Shown: positions 28,366 through 38,479, counted from the first letter of the stretch. The stretch is 57,585 bases of DNA from Thermofilaceae archaeon (GCA_038727095.1 JAVYWK010000012.1:1-57585); one strand, 5' to 3'. Notes: generated by a model not told the origin, from the letters alone. Numbers and translations: made by a program.

Positions 28366-29403
28366 ATGATTCGTCGAATGTTGTGGGACTTACTTTCAGA
28401 AAGCGAGAGAAAGATCGTGATGAGCATCGCTTTTTCTCAATCCTACAGTGACATTTCTCGAGCCACAGGTCTAGCTCCGTCGTACGTAAGCGCGAGGGTG
28501 AAGAAGCTGGCGAAGAGGGCTAGGCTGCGATACTTGGTCGATTACCGCGCTATTGGGCTTTCCCCGCTTTACCTATTGTTAAAGTTTGATCAAAGGGTCT
28601 ACGAGTTGCTAGCGTCCACGCAACTGCCTTTCATACGGAGCGCTGTAAAGATCTGGGACAGGGAAGGGGTTAAACTGCTGATTGAAGCTGCTCCACCAGT
28701 TGGGCTGGAAAGAAGGTTTGCGCAAATTTTCCCCTCTCCACCTGTGAATGCTTGGGTGAAGGAATGGGAAGCAAAGTTTCAACCATCAACTAGTTCGCTG
28801 CTGGACTTTAGCGAAGGGGCGTTATCGACCTCTTGGAGTACTCTACCGCAGCTAGTTTCAGAGCTTAAACGTACTGGCATCGATGTACAACTAAAACCTA
28901 CGGTCGATGTAGATAAAGTCGACCTAATGATCTTGCGGATGAAGGAGGAGTTCTGCTTTACCAGTTTGAGCGAAATCGGGAGATCGTACGGGCTTTCTCA
29001 GCAGCTAGCCTCATACCACTACCGCCTACACCTTAGGAGAGTGTGGATAGGCAATTGCATAGAGCATAAGCATCTGGAAAATGCTGTCCTTTACAGGGTT
29101 GAAGCATCCGAACCCATAGTATCCCACTTACTGCTGAAATCTCTATCGGAGGTGCCCAGCATTGTCGATTCTTTCATTCCACAGGGGGAAGATGAGGTTA
29201 TTTATCTGATTGTTGATGAGCCTCTTAAGAGGTTGTTCGCTGTACATAAGGCACTACTACATGTTGAGGGTGTAAAGAAGGCAGAACTCCTAGCGTACAT
29301 AGACGCTGACGGATTTATTTACCACGGTTTAACAGCACATTTAGGTTTAGGAAAAATGGGATGGATGTTTGAAGAATTAGAAGAAGAATTATCAAAATTA
29401 TAA
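28366..29403 (+). CDS. Tandem Lrp/AsnC-like HTH transcriptional regulator
   Basis: Two HTHs (SYSDISRATGLAPSYVSARVKKL; SLSEIGRSYGLSQQLASYHY) and VDYRAIGL linker. Confidence 0.7.
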   Translation: MIRRMLWDLLSESERKIVMSIAFSQSYSDISRATGLAPSYVSARVKKLAKRARLRYLVDYRAIGLSPLYLLLKFDQRVYELLASTQLPFIRSAVKIWDREGVKLLIEAAPPVGLERRFAQIFPSPPVNAWVKEWEAKFQPSTSSLLDFSEGALSTSWSTLPQLVSELKRTGIDVQLKPTVDVDKVDLMILRMKEEFCFTSLSEIGRSYGLSQQLASYHYRLHLRRVWIGNCIEHKHLENAVLYRVEASEPIVSHLLLKSLSEVPSIVDSFIPQGEDEVIYLIVDEPLKRLFAVHKALLHVEGVKKAELLAYIDADGFIYHGLTAHLGLGKMGWMFEELEEELSKL

Positions 29404-29436
29404 TTTTTGCTACTTTAATCAATAAATAAGTTTTAC

Positions 29437-30003
29437 TTATATAATTCTTTTTAAAGATCTGTAAACTTTCTTCATATATTCGATTTCGTCTTTTGTGAAC
29501 CATAGATCAAATGTGCTCTCAGGATTATCGATTCTATCTAAGAAGAGCTTCAGTAATTCTGTGATATCTCTACCGTTATAGGTTTTCTTCATGGCTTCAA
29601 GTTCGGAAAGCACTTTCGAACCTTCACGAACCATGACTTCCCCGATTGCGATCCAGTTCTCCTCCACTTTTTCAGCAAGCTTGAAGGCCTCGAAGGTGCC
29701 TTTCTCCGTTAAAGTGAGAACTTCTACTGCTTTGCCTTTGTCGAACACGTATTCTCGTTTAACGAGACCTTTCTCGGTCAGTTCTTCAATCGCTTGGTGG
29801 AGCTCGTTGGAGTAGACCGAGAGAATTAGCGGTTTAAAGTTGAATGGAGGGTATTGCATCATGAAGAAGATGGTATGCAGGATTTCCTCCCCCTTTATGG
29901 GGCTTTGACCGCCCACGTGGAGGATTAGGAGTACCCAGTCTTTCGCGCCCAAGTTGACGAGGGACAGCCCCATCGAGTTTAATACATCTCTTTTCCACTC
30001 CAT
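29437..30003 (-). CDS. Winged-helix protein, YwgA/SocA-like
   Basis: IKGEEILHTIFF...FNFKP....VYSNEL..AIEELTEKGLV...LTLTEKG. Confidence 0.55.
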   Translation of the reverse strand: MEWKRDVLNSMGLSLVNLGAKDWVLLILHVGGQSPIKGEEILHTIFFMMQYPPFNFKPLILSVYSNELHQAIEELTEKGLVKREYVFDKGKAVEVLTLTEKGTFEAFKLAEKVEENWIAIGEVMVREGSKVLSELEAMKKTYNGRDITELLKLFLDRIDNPESTFDLWFTKDEIEYMKKVYRSLKRII

Positions 30004-30064
30004 TGTCAGCGCCGATAGAGGTGTGGCGGGAAGCGTAAAAAGCTTGCTAAGGGGATTGTCATAC

Positions 30065-30115
30065 TCAGCCCCGCGGGTTTATCTTCACAGTGTCAAGCGT
30101 CTCTACCTTCATCAC
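30065..30115 (-). ncRNA. Box C/D 2'-O-methylation guide sRNA
   Basis: GTGATGA-AGGTAGAGACGC-TTGA-CACT-GTGAAGA-TAAACCCGCGGGG-CTGA, canonical spacing; TATA CTTATATA at 30147-30140. Confidence 0.85.
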
Positions 30116-30177
30116 ACTTGTCTGACCCTGAAAACTACCTATATAAGATTCCCACTGTGCGCGTAGAGGCTGCAAGG

Positions 30178-32295
30178 ATGCAGACACGTGAAGCAACGCG
30201 CGTTTTCAGGGTGAAAATTTGCGGGAAAGTGCTGGAGAGGGAGTGTACGTGGAGCGAGATCGAAAGGTTTAAGGAAAGGGTGAAAAAATTCTGCAGATGG
30301 AATCCTCAAGAGAGGTTATGGGACGCTAGCGTTGAGGAGCTTTTAAAGTACTCGGCAGAAGCTCTGAAAACGTTTAAAGAAATATTCAATAGCGAAAGCG
30401 AGAAGTTGATTATAGAGCTTATACGTAAAGATAAAGAACTAAGGAATAGAGAAATCGATAATGGAAAGTTAATTATATTACCGGTTGAGGGTTGCGCCTT
30501 CTGCTGGCAACTATTGAGACGCTGCGCACGAAAGCGAACGATGACAGTTGAGTGCTGGCCTGTGAGTTACTACGAGCTGGACGTAGAAGCGGGTCTAGAA
30601 ACTGTTGTAGAGTGGGGGGCAGAACCCGAGAAATCTGCGAGCGCGCTACTCGAGCTGCTCGCACACCTCGATCCTGCGTTGACCGCGAAGCAGCAGGACT
30701 TCGTGAAGCAGCGAGCCGAGCCGCTGATGGCGCAGGACAACGCGGTCACGCTCGTAGAGTGGGGCATGAGAGGGGCTCTTATCATCCTGCCCAAGACTGT
30801 AAGCGAAGATGTGGTCGTCAGGTTGCAATCAGAATTGTCTGTCGATTACTACCGTCAGGTGATGAGTGCAAACGGAGTTGAATTAGTGCCTATGAAGCTT
30901 CGGCTGGTCAAGAATCTTTCTGGACGTGTAGTGAAAGTTCCCTACTTTGTAGTTCCACTCGCAGTAAGAGTCCTGGAGAAATCCAATCTTCAGATCGTGG
31001 AGAAGATAAACTGGCCCCTAACCCCTTCTCTCTCACCAACCCCCCGCTTTACTTTGTACTCGTTTCAAGAGGAGGCGCTTAACGCGTGGAAAAGAGCGGG
31101 TCACCGTGGCACTATAGTCATGCCGACCGGCGCTGGTAAAACCTTCGTGGCTCTCGCAGCAATCGCTGAGCTAAAAGTTCCCACCCTTGTTTGCGTCACC
31201 ACCGTGGAGCTCGCTAAGCAGTGGGTAAGGCGGGTTCACGAGTGTCTAGGCTTGAGGGCGGGCATCCTAGCGGGCGGCGAAAAGAGGATCGAGCCTCTCA
31301 CAGTCGCTACTTACCATAGCGCTGTTAAAGCCCTCCCCGAAATATATGGCAGGTTTGGCTTTATCGTGTTTGATGAGGGGCATCATGTTCCAGCGCGCAC
31401 GTTCAAGGAGATAGCTCTGCGGGCTAAGGCCAGATACGTGATTGTGCTGTCAGCGACACCGGAGAGGTCCGACAAGAATGAGGCGCTTATCTACAAAATG
31501 TGCGGCGAACCCGTGTACTCGACGTCATACTACGAGTTGGTTAACAGGGGTTTACTCGCCCCTCTCAAGGTAGAGGTCATCCCCGTCCAGCTTGACGCTG
31601 AGGAGACTGCAAGGTACGTAGAGGTTAGCGACGCGGGTACGGACTATAGGCGTGTAACGGAGCTGATACGGATAGCTTCATGTGCAAAGGCGAAGCTCGA
31701 AGCTCTAAAGAGGATAGTCCGCTCAGAAAGGGGGAAAATCCTAGTGTTCTGCCAGTACGTTGAACAGGCTTTGAAGGCTTACGAAGCCGTGCGAGAGATC
31801 GAACCTCGAACGGCACTGATAACTGGCTCAACACCAAAGGGGGAGCGATTAAGATCGTTTGAGAGCTTTAAAGACGGCAGATTAAGGGTTCTTGTAGCCA
31901 CCTCCGTACTGGATGAAGGGATCGACGTGCCCGATGCAGACGTGGCAGTCATACTCTCAGGTACGGGGCAGGTGAGGCAGATGGTCCAGCGGGTCGGTAG
32001 GGTTCTCCGATGGACTCCCGGTAAAGTGGCGAAGGTCTACGAAGTCATCTCCTCAGGAACGATCGAGGAGGCTCTATCCAGATCGAGGTCCATATTCAAG
32101 GTGATGAATCGCGCTGAGGTGGAAGCTGCGCTAGAGGTAGCGACAGCTGCTTACGAGCGGATGAGTGATGCGATATCGAAGTTCGCCTCGGCTAATCACG
32201 TGGAGAAAGGAAGGGTGCTTGAAGAGGTGAGAGGTCTCTACGTCAAGCTTGCAGCTGAACTCGCCGCGAAGAGATCCCTTCTACGATTTCAGTAG
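30178..32295 (+). CDS. XPB/Rad25-like SF2 helicase with N-terminal extension
   Basis: LYSFQEEAL, MPTGAGKT, DEGHH, LSATPER.D, VLDEGIDVPD, QRVGRVLR. Probable ATG 30178. Confidence 0.88.
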   Translation: MQTREATRVFRVKICGKVLERECTWSEIERFKERVKKFCRWNPQERLWDASVEELLKYSAEALKTFKEIFNSESEKLIIELIRKDKELRNREIDNGKLIILPVEGCAFCWQLLRRCARKRTMTVECWPVSYYELDVEAGLETVVEWGAEPEKSASALLELLAHLDPALTAKQQDFVKQRAEPLMAQDNAVTLVEWGMRGALIILPKTVSEDVVVRLQSELSVDYYRQVMSANGVELVPMKLRLVKNLSGRVVKVPYFVVPLAVRVLEKSNLQIVEKINWPLTPSLSPTPRFTLYSFQEEALNAWKRAGHRGTIVMPTGAGKTFVALAAIAELKVPTLVCVTTVELAKQWVRRVHECLGLRAGILAGGEKRIEPLTVATYHSAVKALPEIYGRFGFIVFDEGHHVPARTFKEIALRAKARYVIVLSATPERSDKNEALIYKMCGEPVYSTSYYELVNRGLLAPLKVEVIPVQLDAEETARYVEVSDAGTDYRRVTELIRIASCAKAKLEALKRIVRSERGKILVFCQYVEQALKAYEAVREIEPRTALITGSTPKGERLRSFESFKDGRLRVLVATSVLDEGIDVPDADVAVILSGTGQVRQMVQRVGRVLRWTPGKVAKVYEVISSGTIEEALSRSRSIFKVMNRAEVEAALEVATAAYERMSDAISKFASANHVEKGRVLEEVRGLYVKLAAELAAKRSLLRFQ

Positions 32296-33752
32296 GCCCT
32301 GGCCACGTATACCATCTGCCTAGCCGGCATTCCGCACCACGCGCAAATGCCGTAATCGCCTTCTTCGTGGTCGATTTCCGTTCCCCTGACCTTAGCGCCA
32401 TCAGCGTTTAGGCGCATATCCTCAGCGCACTCCTCCCTACCACAGAAGGGCATGTACACGATCTTTCCCGCCTTGATTGCCTCGATAACCTCATTCCTAC
32501 CACTGGCTGTAGCGATTCTAGACTTGAAAAACTCCTCAGCCCGTTTCTTTAGATTCTCTAGCGCATCCCTGGCGATCTTGGGGATAACGCTTAGAAGCTC
32601 TGCGTCCGGGACCTTCGTTCTAGCTCTCAAATCCCTGCGGAAGACCGTGACGTAGCCCTCTTCGACCTCCCTTCGCCCCACTTCAACCCTTACAGGTACG
32701 CCACGCAGCTCCCAGTCGTTGAACTTCCACCCAGGCGTCCTCTCTCTCAAGTCTATATGCACCCTGTAGCCTGCTTCCTTCAATGCCTCCTCGATCCGCT
32801 TACACTTCTGCAGTACGGCTTCTCTCTCCTCCCCATAGTATATCGGGATTATCACAATTTGCACGGGCGCTACGTCGAACGGCAGGATCAACCCTTTCTC
32901 ATCCCCATGGATAGCTATGAGAGCCGCTACAATCCTCCAGACACCTGGACCATAGCAGGTTTGCCAAACGAAATCCCGGCTGCTGTCTTCTCTCATGAAC
33001 GTTATCCCGAATGCTTTTGCGAAGCGTTGACCTAGGTCGTGCGTTGAAGAGATCTGCAGGACTCTACCGTCGGGCATTACTGTGTCAGCGGCATAAGTGT
33101 CCTCGGCTCCGGCGAACTTGTCCCACTTGGGGCGTCTTAGGAAGAGGAAGGGGATCGCTAGCTTCTCCCACAAAACCCTCCTAGTGTTCTCCATATCCTC
33201 CCGTATCTGCTTCAGCGCTTCCTCCCTCGTTGCAAAGGCACAGTGAGTCTCGATCCAGAGGAACTCTCGCCCTCTGATGAAGGGTCTGGTAGCCTTCTCA
33301 TACCGGTAAACCGATACACTCTGGTAGAGCTTGAGGGGGAGATCCCTCCAGCTTTGAATCCAAAGCGCGTACATCGAGTAGAAGGCGGTCTCAGACGTCG
33401 GTCTCAACGCTAAGCGACGCTCTAGCTTCTCCTCTCCGGCCTCTGTGACCCAGAATACTTCAGGCTTGAAACCCTCGACGTGCTCTTTCTCCTTCTCGAA
33501 GTACTCCTCGGGTATCACGAGAGGGAAGAGAACGGGCTCGTGCCCCGTCTTCTCAAGCTCCTCCTCAAACATCCTGTAGATCTGCCTAATGATCCTCATC
33601 GCCCAAGGTTTGTGTACAACAAACCCCTGCACCCCATACCTCAGATCGACGAGGTCTGCCTTAGAGAGTACCTGCGAGAACCACTCGCTGAAATCTTCCT
33701 CCTTTGTCACCGTGATGCCCAGATCCGATCGTGCGGCTTCCTTAGAGCTCAG
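32289..33752 (-). CDS. proS: Proline--tRNA ligase (archaeal/eukaryotic type)
   Basis: FSEWF, LALRPTSET, FIRGREFLWIETH, KFAGA, PGWKFNDWELRGVP, ARAY C-terminus. Start is GTG 33710 or CTG 33752 (see findings). Confidence 0.96.
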   Translation of the reverse strand: MSSKEAARSDLGITVTKEEDFSEWFSQVLSKADLVDLRYGVQGFVVHKPWAMRIIRQIYRMFEEELEKTGHEPVLFPLVIPEEYFEKEKEHVEGFKPEVFWVTEAGEEKLERRLALRPTSETAFYSMYALWIQSWRDLPLKLYQSVSVYRYEKATRPFIRGREFLWIETHCAFATREEALKQIREDMENTRRVLWEKLAIPFLFLRRPKWDKFAGAEDTYAADTVMPDGRVLQISSTHDLGQRFAKAFGITFMREDSSRDFVWQTCYGPGVWRIVAALIAIHGDEKGLILPFDVAPVQIVIIPIYYGEEREAVLQKCKRIEEALKEAGYRVHIDLRERTPGWKFNDWELRGVPVRVEVGRREVEEGYVTVFRRDLRARTKVPDAELLSVIPKIARDALENLKKRAEEFFKSRIATASGRNEVIEAIKAGKIVYMPFCGREECAEDMRLNADGAKVRGTEIDHEEGDYGICAWCGMPARQMVYVARAY

Positions 33753-33770
33753 GAAGGCTCATCCCGGCTC
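33745..33770 (-). promoter_or_regulatory. Box C/D-type kink-turn in the proS leader
   Basis: GAGC-CGG-GA-TG-AGCCTTC-CT-GA-GCTC: C-stem, 3-nt bulge, tandem G.A, U.U, G-C. Confidence 0.5.
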
Positions 33771-33862
33771 GCACCGATGGCTAGCGGGGGCAAGTGGTTT
33801 TAAGCCTAATCCTCCTCTCCCTAGGGTGTCGAGCATTCGCGGCAGAACGTTCGGTGACGGTC

Positions 33863-34726
33863 ATGAACCGTGGGAAAGGGCTTAGAGGCCTTCTCGCCGA
33901 GCGTTTAGGGGAGGATGTTAAGTACGTGCCGTCGAGCTACGACATAGTAGGTTCGAGGAGCGGGGCGGTTGCAATCGTTGAATTCCCAGAAGATGCACCG
34001 CCGCACGTAAGAGAGGTCGTAGCGAAGACTCTTCTGGAGCTTCACAGGAACGTTAGGGTTGTACTCGAGAAGCTATCGGAAAGGAGGGGGGTGTACAGGC
34101 TGCGGGAATACAGAGTACTAGCAGGCGAGGGGAGTACGGAGGTGGTTCATATCGAGCACGGGGTTAGGCTAAAACTGGATCCATCTAAAGTGTACTTTTC
34201 GCCGCGTGAGGCGACAGAAAGGGTCAGGGTGGCGTCCCAAGTGAAGCCGGGGGAGTTCGTCATGGTCATGTTCGCTGGCGTGGGGCCATACGCGCTGATG
34301 ATAGCCAAGAAGCAGCCGCAAGTCGCGAAAATCGTAGCTATCGAACTAAACCCCGTCGCATACAACTACATGGTTGAGAATATCCAATTGAACAGGGTCG
34401 AAGATAAGGTCCTCCCGGTGCTCGGCGACGTGAAGGAGGAAGCGCGTCGCTGGTACGGAGTGTGCGACAGGGTCGTCATGCCTCTGCCGAAGGGGGCTCA
34501 CGAGTTCCTCGATAGGGCTTTCCAGTGCCTAAAGCCCGAGGGAGGGGTCATTCACTTCTACCACTGGTCCCTAGAGCAGGACTTGTACTCCGAGGCGTAC
34601 GCTCTAATAGAGCGGGAAGCTATGCTTCGGAACGCCAACATTAAGGTTCTGGATGCTCGCGTGGTTTCGGAGTACGCTCCTCGAGTGTACAAGGTATGCC
34701 TCGATGTCCTCGTTACTCCAAGCTAA
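33863..34726 (+). CDS. Trm5a/Taw21-22-like tRNA methyltransferase
   Basis: SYDIVG, KVYFSPREATER, MFAGVGPY, IELNP, VVMPLP (PLP rather than NLP), no D1 domain. Confidence 0.8.
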   Translation: MNRGKGLRGLLAERLGEDVKYVPSSYDIVGSRSGAVAIVEFPEDAPPHVREVVAKTLLELHRNVRVVLEKLSERRGVYRLREYRVLAGEGSTEVVHIEHGVRLKLDPSKVYFSPREATERVRVASQVKPGEFVMVMFAGVGPYALMIAKKQPQVAKIVAIELNPVAYNYMVENIQLNRVEDKVLPVLGDVKEEARRWYGVCDRVVMPLPKGAHEFLDRAFQCLKPEGGVIHFYHWSLEQDLYSEAYALIEREAMLRNANIKVLDARVVSEYAPRVYKVCLDVLVTPS

Positions 34727-34746
34727 CACTTAAGTCCTAACCTTTA

Positions 34747-36102
34747 GTGGACTACTACGTGCGGGAGGGTTTAGCAAACATCTTCAGGCTCTACGACATT
34801 AGGGGGGTAAGCAACCGCGATTTAACGCCAGAGGTTGCCGCAAGAATCGGCCTCGCCCTATCTCACTACAGTAAGGAGGTTTACGCGGTGGGCATGGATG
34901 TACGCGCAAGCTCGCCCTACCTACACTTCGCTCTCATCTCGGGCCTCATGGCCGGAGGCTCCAGCGTTATAGACGTGGGGACGGTTCCAATAGGCGCAGT
35001 GATGTATACCACGCTGCACAGGAACCATGCCGCAGCTTACGTGACAGCTTCCCACCTCCCCCCAGAGTGGAACGGCTTCAAGCTATTCAAAAGGGGCGGC
35101 GACCCCATGGTGGGCGATGAAATAGCGAAACTGCGCGACCTCTTCTTTTCCGAATTGAAACTATCAGATAAGCCCGGCAGCTACGCGAAGGTCGAGATCC
35201 TGGGCGAGTACGCATCGTTTCTGCTTTCAAGAGCGCGGAGTACAGGGCTAAAAGTAGTAGTTGATTGTGCAAACGGAGCGGCTTCACTGATCGCTCCGCG
35301 CCTCCTGAGGGATGCGGGCCACGAAGTGTACTCGATAAACGCTGATATCGACCCGCGCTTCCCCGGCAGGGGCTCTGAGCCGCTGCCAGAAAAACTACGG
35401 GATCTCTGCGAGGAGGTTGTGAAAAGGGGTGCGCACTTCGGGGTAGCGTACGATGGAGACGGGGACCGTGTCGTCTTTGTGGACGAGAAGGGCAGGGTTC
35501 TAACGGCTGAGCAGGCGGCGATCGTTATGCTCGAGGGGATGGGGTACGGTGACGTTGTAGCTAACGTAGAGTGCTCAATGATATTGGAGGAGGCTGTAAG
35601 AGCCCACGGCAACCGAGTGAAATGGGTGCCTGTGGGAAGGACATTCATGGTTAGGGAAATCGCTAAGAGTCAAGCCATACTGGGGGTTGAGAGCAGTGGG
35701 CACTACGTTGTGTGGAGGAACGCTAACATGGATGACGGGCTCCTCACGACGCTTTACTTCGCTGAGGCGGTAGCCAACCTCGGAAGAACCTCAGATGTTA
35801 TTCCGCCGCAGCGCCCAATTGTCCGTGTCAAAGTAGAAGTACCCGATGAAGTAAAGTTCGCTGTCGTAGACGCGATGAGCAGGGAGTTGAGCGAGCGCTA
35901 CGAGACCATAACCATTGACGGTGTGAAGGTGATGATGGAGGAAGCATGGGTACTGATACGCGCTTCAAATACAGAGCCCGTAGTCCGGGTATCCTGCGAG
36001 GCAAAAGACTGGAGCACTGCTAATAAGCTGGCCGAGCAGTTCGCTCAACGGGTTAAGGAGTACGCGTCTCGGATGACTTCTTGCAGTCGAGATTCGCGGT
36101 AA
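34747..36102 (+). CDS. Phosphomannomutase/phosphoglucomutase
   Basis: IFRLYDIRG, TASHLP phosphoserine loop, DGDGDR, GVESSGH, IRASNTEP. Confidence 0.92.
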   Translation: MDYYVREGLANIFRLYDIRGVSNRDLTPEVAARIGLALSHYSKEVYAVGMDVRASSPYLHFALISGLMAGGSSVIDVGTVPIGAVMYTTLHRNHAAAYVTASHLPPEWNGFKLFKRGGDPMVGDEIAKLRDLFFSELKLSDKPGSYAKVEILGEYASFLLSRARSTGLKVVVDCANGAASLIAPRLLRDAGHEVYSINADIDPRFPGRGSEPLPEKLRDLCEEVVKRGAHFGVAYDGDGDRVVFVDEKGRVLTAEQAAIVMLEGMGYGDVVANVECSMILEEAVRAHGNRVKWVPVGRTFMVREIAKSQAILGVESSGHYVVWRNANMDDGLLTTLYFAEAVANLGRTSDVIPPQRPIVRVKVEVPDEVKFAVVDAMSRELSERYETITIDGVKVMMEEAWVLIRASNTEPVVRVSCEAKDWSTANKLAEQFAQRVKEYASRMTSCSRDSR

Positions 36103-36856
36103 GTCTAACACCCCTATCGGAGGCTAAGTAGTCCGTTAAGTCGATTACACTGTACGAGCATTCCGTGTAAAGCACTAAAGTACTGTTAACCTCGATCAGC
36201 GGTCTTCCTTGCCTCGTAAACGGGGCGCCCTTCTTCTCTATCCTGAGCAGGAACCTCCCGTCGACAACCTCACTTTCGGTGACGTAGAGGCTCGCGGGAG
36301 GCGGCTGAGAGGCGTTAAAATCCTCTGCCGCAGCGTAAGCGAAAGCGGTAACCTTAACGGCCCCCTCGGCTGACCCATAGACCTCTATGAGAGCTTCATT
36401 CTCAACCACCCTGAACAGGTATTCAAAGATTGCTACACCGTTCCTTCTCAGGAGGGCGTAAACCTCACTGCCAGGCGTAAGCCCGCTTAGAGCGTAGGCC
36501 TCTCCTTGACCCCCCTCTTCCAGTTCCAACACAATGCTCGGGCTAGCACCACCATAGACTTTAGTGCTCTTAAGCCTGTAAGAGTCGAGCCATACTAGAG
36601 GAGTCTCATTGCTTCGGAAGAGGAAGCAGCGTAGCCCCTGCGAGATGGCGATCGTAGTCTGCCCCTCAGTCACGGGGATGCCATCGATGCATAATGCGGC
36701 TACACCGGTACGTCGTCCAATACTCCTTACGGGCGTGAGCTTCACGTTCAAACCTCTATGAGAACTTGAGATGAACTCTATCGGTTCGGTGACGGAGGGC
36801 AAGATGAGGCTAACTAGTATGGCTACGGGGAGGATCGCCCACTGAACTCTGCGCAC
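36053..36856 (-). CDS. Hypothetical secreted protein
   Basis: N-terminal signal-like helix, 267 aa, no recognised motif. Confidence 0.55.
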   Translation of the reverse strand: MRRVQWAILPVAILVSLILPSVTEPIEFISSSHRGLNVKLTPVRSIGRRTGVAALCIDGIPVTEGQTTIAISQGLRCFLFRSNETPLVWLDSYRLKSTKVYGGASPSIVLELEEGGQGEAYALSGLTPGSEVYALLRRNGVAIFEYLFRVVENEALIEVYGSAEGAVKVTAFAYAAAEDFNASQPPPASLYVTESEVVDGRFLLRIEKKGAPFTRQGRPLIEVNSTLVLYTECSYSVIDLTDYLASDRGVRLTANLDCKKSSETRTP

Positions 36857-36880
36857 GATCTAGTCGGTGCTCAAGCATTA

Positions 36881-37468
36881 TTAAGCGTTCGCTAGATACT
36901 TTATCGCCTCTCCTCCTAGCCGCTCCAGCCAGTTAACGGAGCCAGGCTTGTTTCCCTTCCTACTCTTGATGACAGTCATTACCTCCTCAACAATCTGTTC
37001 AACGCTCTTCCCGGTTACATCAACCTCGAAGACCCTTTCAGCTCCGAATAGTTCTACTGCCTCCACTAGGCACGCGTCAAGGACTTCGGCTTGCACGTTC
37101 TCGAGCACCTTCCACTCCGGGTAACCTCTACTGCGTAGCCTAACCTCCAGCTCACGGGGGTCTAACCGTAGGATTACAGCAACGTAGAGCTCTTCCTGCG
37201 GCACTGCCGAAGCAACGTGAGTATCAACGATGATGAGCCTCTCTCTGGCAACTTGCCGTAGCCTCTCCCGCACTCTCGCATCATCAATTATGTAAGCGTC
37301 TCTCTCTGCGTCGTAGCTTACGAGGAGCCCTTCTCCCACGGCCAGCTCAGCTACGTTGATGTATTTGCCCCCAATGCTTTCAGCCACTCTCTTTGCAACC
37401 GTGGTTTTGCCCACGCCCGGCGTACCTCCTATGAGAATTATCGTTGGTAGCACCCCACGGTTGTTCAC
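36881..37468 (-). CDS. Adenylate kinase AK6/Fap7 family
   Basis: GTPGVGKTT, IIVDTH, RLRSRGY...KVLENVQAE. Confidence 0.92.
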   Translation of the reverse strand: MNNRGVLPTIILIGGTPGVGKTTVAKRVAESIGGKYINVAELAVGEGLLVSYDAERDAYIIDDARVRERLRQVARERLIIVDTHVASAVPQEELYVAVILRLDPRELEVRLRSRGYPEWKVLENVQAEVLDACLVEAVELFGAERVFEVDVTGKSVEQIVEEVMTVIKSRKGNKPGSVNWLERLGGEAIKYLANA

Positions 37469-37523
37469 CCGCTTTTAGTATCGAGTTCGATACACATTTT
37501 TAAATCGTACACGTTTGAACCTC

Positions 37524-38099
37524 GTGGCTGACAGTTGCGCTTCAACCAGGCTCCGAGTAGTCTCGTGGGAGAAGCTCGTCAGCGACGTTGAGCGCCTGGC
37601 AGAGGCTGCCAAAGGTAGAGGTTTTGATGCAATCGTAGCTGTGGCGAGAGGCGGGCTCGTTATAGCAAGGCTTCTCTCGGATATGCTCGATGTGAAAAGG
37701 ATACTCACTCTTCAGGTTGAGTACTACGAGGATATAGGGAAACGCAAGTCCAGGCCAAGCATCATCGGAGGGCTTGGCTCGGAAGTGGTCGGCATGTCAT
37801 TGCTGGTCGTTGATGACATAGCGGATACAGGTGACACGTTAAAGACCGTAGCAGAGTACTTGAAAAGCGCTGGCGCAGCCAACATCGTTACCTGCACCCT
37901 GTACGTGAAACCGTGGTGCACATACAAACCCGATCACTACGTTGAAACGGTAGAGGAATGGGTTGTTTTTCCCTACGAGCATGCAGAGACCGCCCGAACG
38001 CTTCTTGAAGAGGGTTGGAGTTACCAGCAGCTGTTAAACGAGGGGATAAGGGGATCGATCTTGGCCGTGGCGGACCGTACACTCCGTGGAAAACATTAA
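37524..38099 (+). CDS. Purine phosphoribosyltransferase
   Basis: VARGGL, LVVDDIADTGDTL, KPDHY, WVVFPYE. Confidence 0.9.
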   Translation: MADSCASTRLRVVSWEKLVSDVERLAEAAKGRGFDAIVAVARGGLVIARLLSDMLDVKRILTLQVEYYEDIGKRKSRPSIIGGLGSEVVGMSLLVVDDIADTGDTLKTVAEYLKSAGAANIVTCTLYVKPWCTYKPDHYVETVEEWVVFPYEHAETARTLLEEGWSYQQLLNEGIRGSILAVADRTLRGKH

Positions 38100-38110
38100 G
38101 AGTAGTTAAG

Positions 38111-38479
38111 GTGATAGCCACCGAGAGGCGTATGGAGAGTCTCAGCTTAGAGTGGCTCCAGAAGAGGAAAGAAGAGTTAGAAAAAGAATTAGAGAAGTTG
38201 AAAGAGGAAGAGAGAAAGATTAGAGAATTATATGATAAGGCTAAAAAGATGGAGGATGAAGCGTACGAAGCTTTACGGCAAGCTAGGAGCTATGATGAGA
38301 TGGCGAGGCTGGAGGTAAGGTACCACCAACTCAGCGGTAAGCGGCGTAGCATTGAGGAAAAACTTCGGGATCTGGAGATGAAGATACGCGGCGCCGAAAA
38401 CGAGCTTAAAGATGTTGAGAGGAAAATAGAGTACTTGAAACCGCGTCCAGTTAAATGGATTGAAGAAAAGCCCACTTAA
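38111..38479 (+). CDS. Small coiled-coil protein
   Basis: E/K-rich helical hairpin; start GTG 38111 or ATG 38132. Confidence 0.7.
   Translation: MIATERRMESLSLEWLQKRKEELEKELEKLKEEERKIRELYDKAKKMEDEAYEALRQARSYDEMARLEVRYHQLSGKRRSIEEKLRDLEMKIRGAENELKDVERKIEYLKPRPVKWIEEKPT

Noticed and set aside
28366-29403. WhiP initiator next to an AT-rich origin
   Set aside because: Pattern fits a duplicated Lrp/AsnC-like HTH; no repeated origin boxes seen
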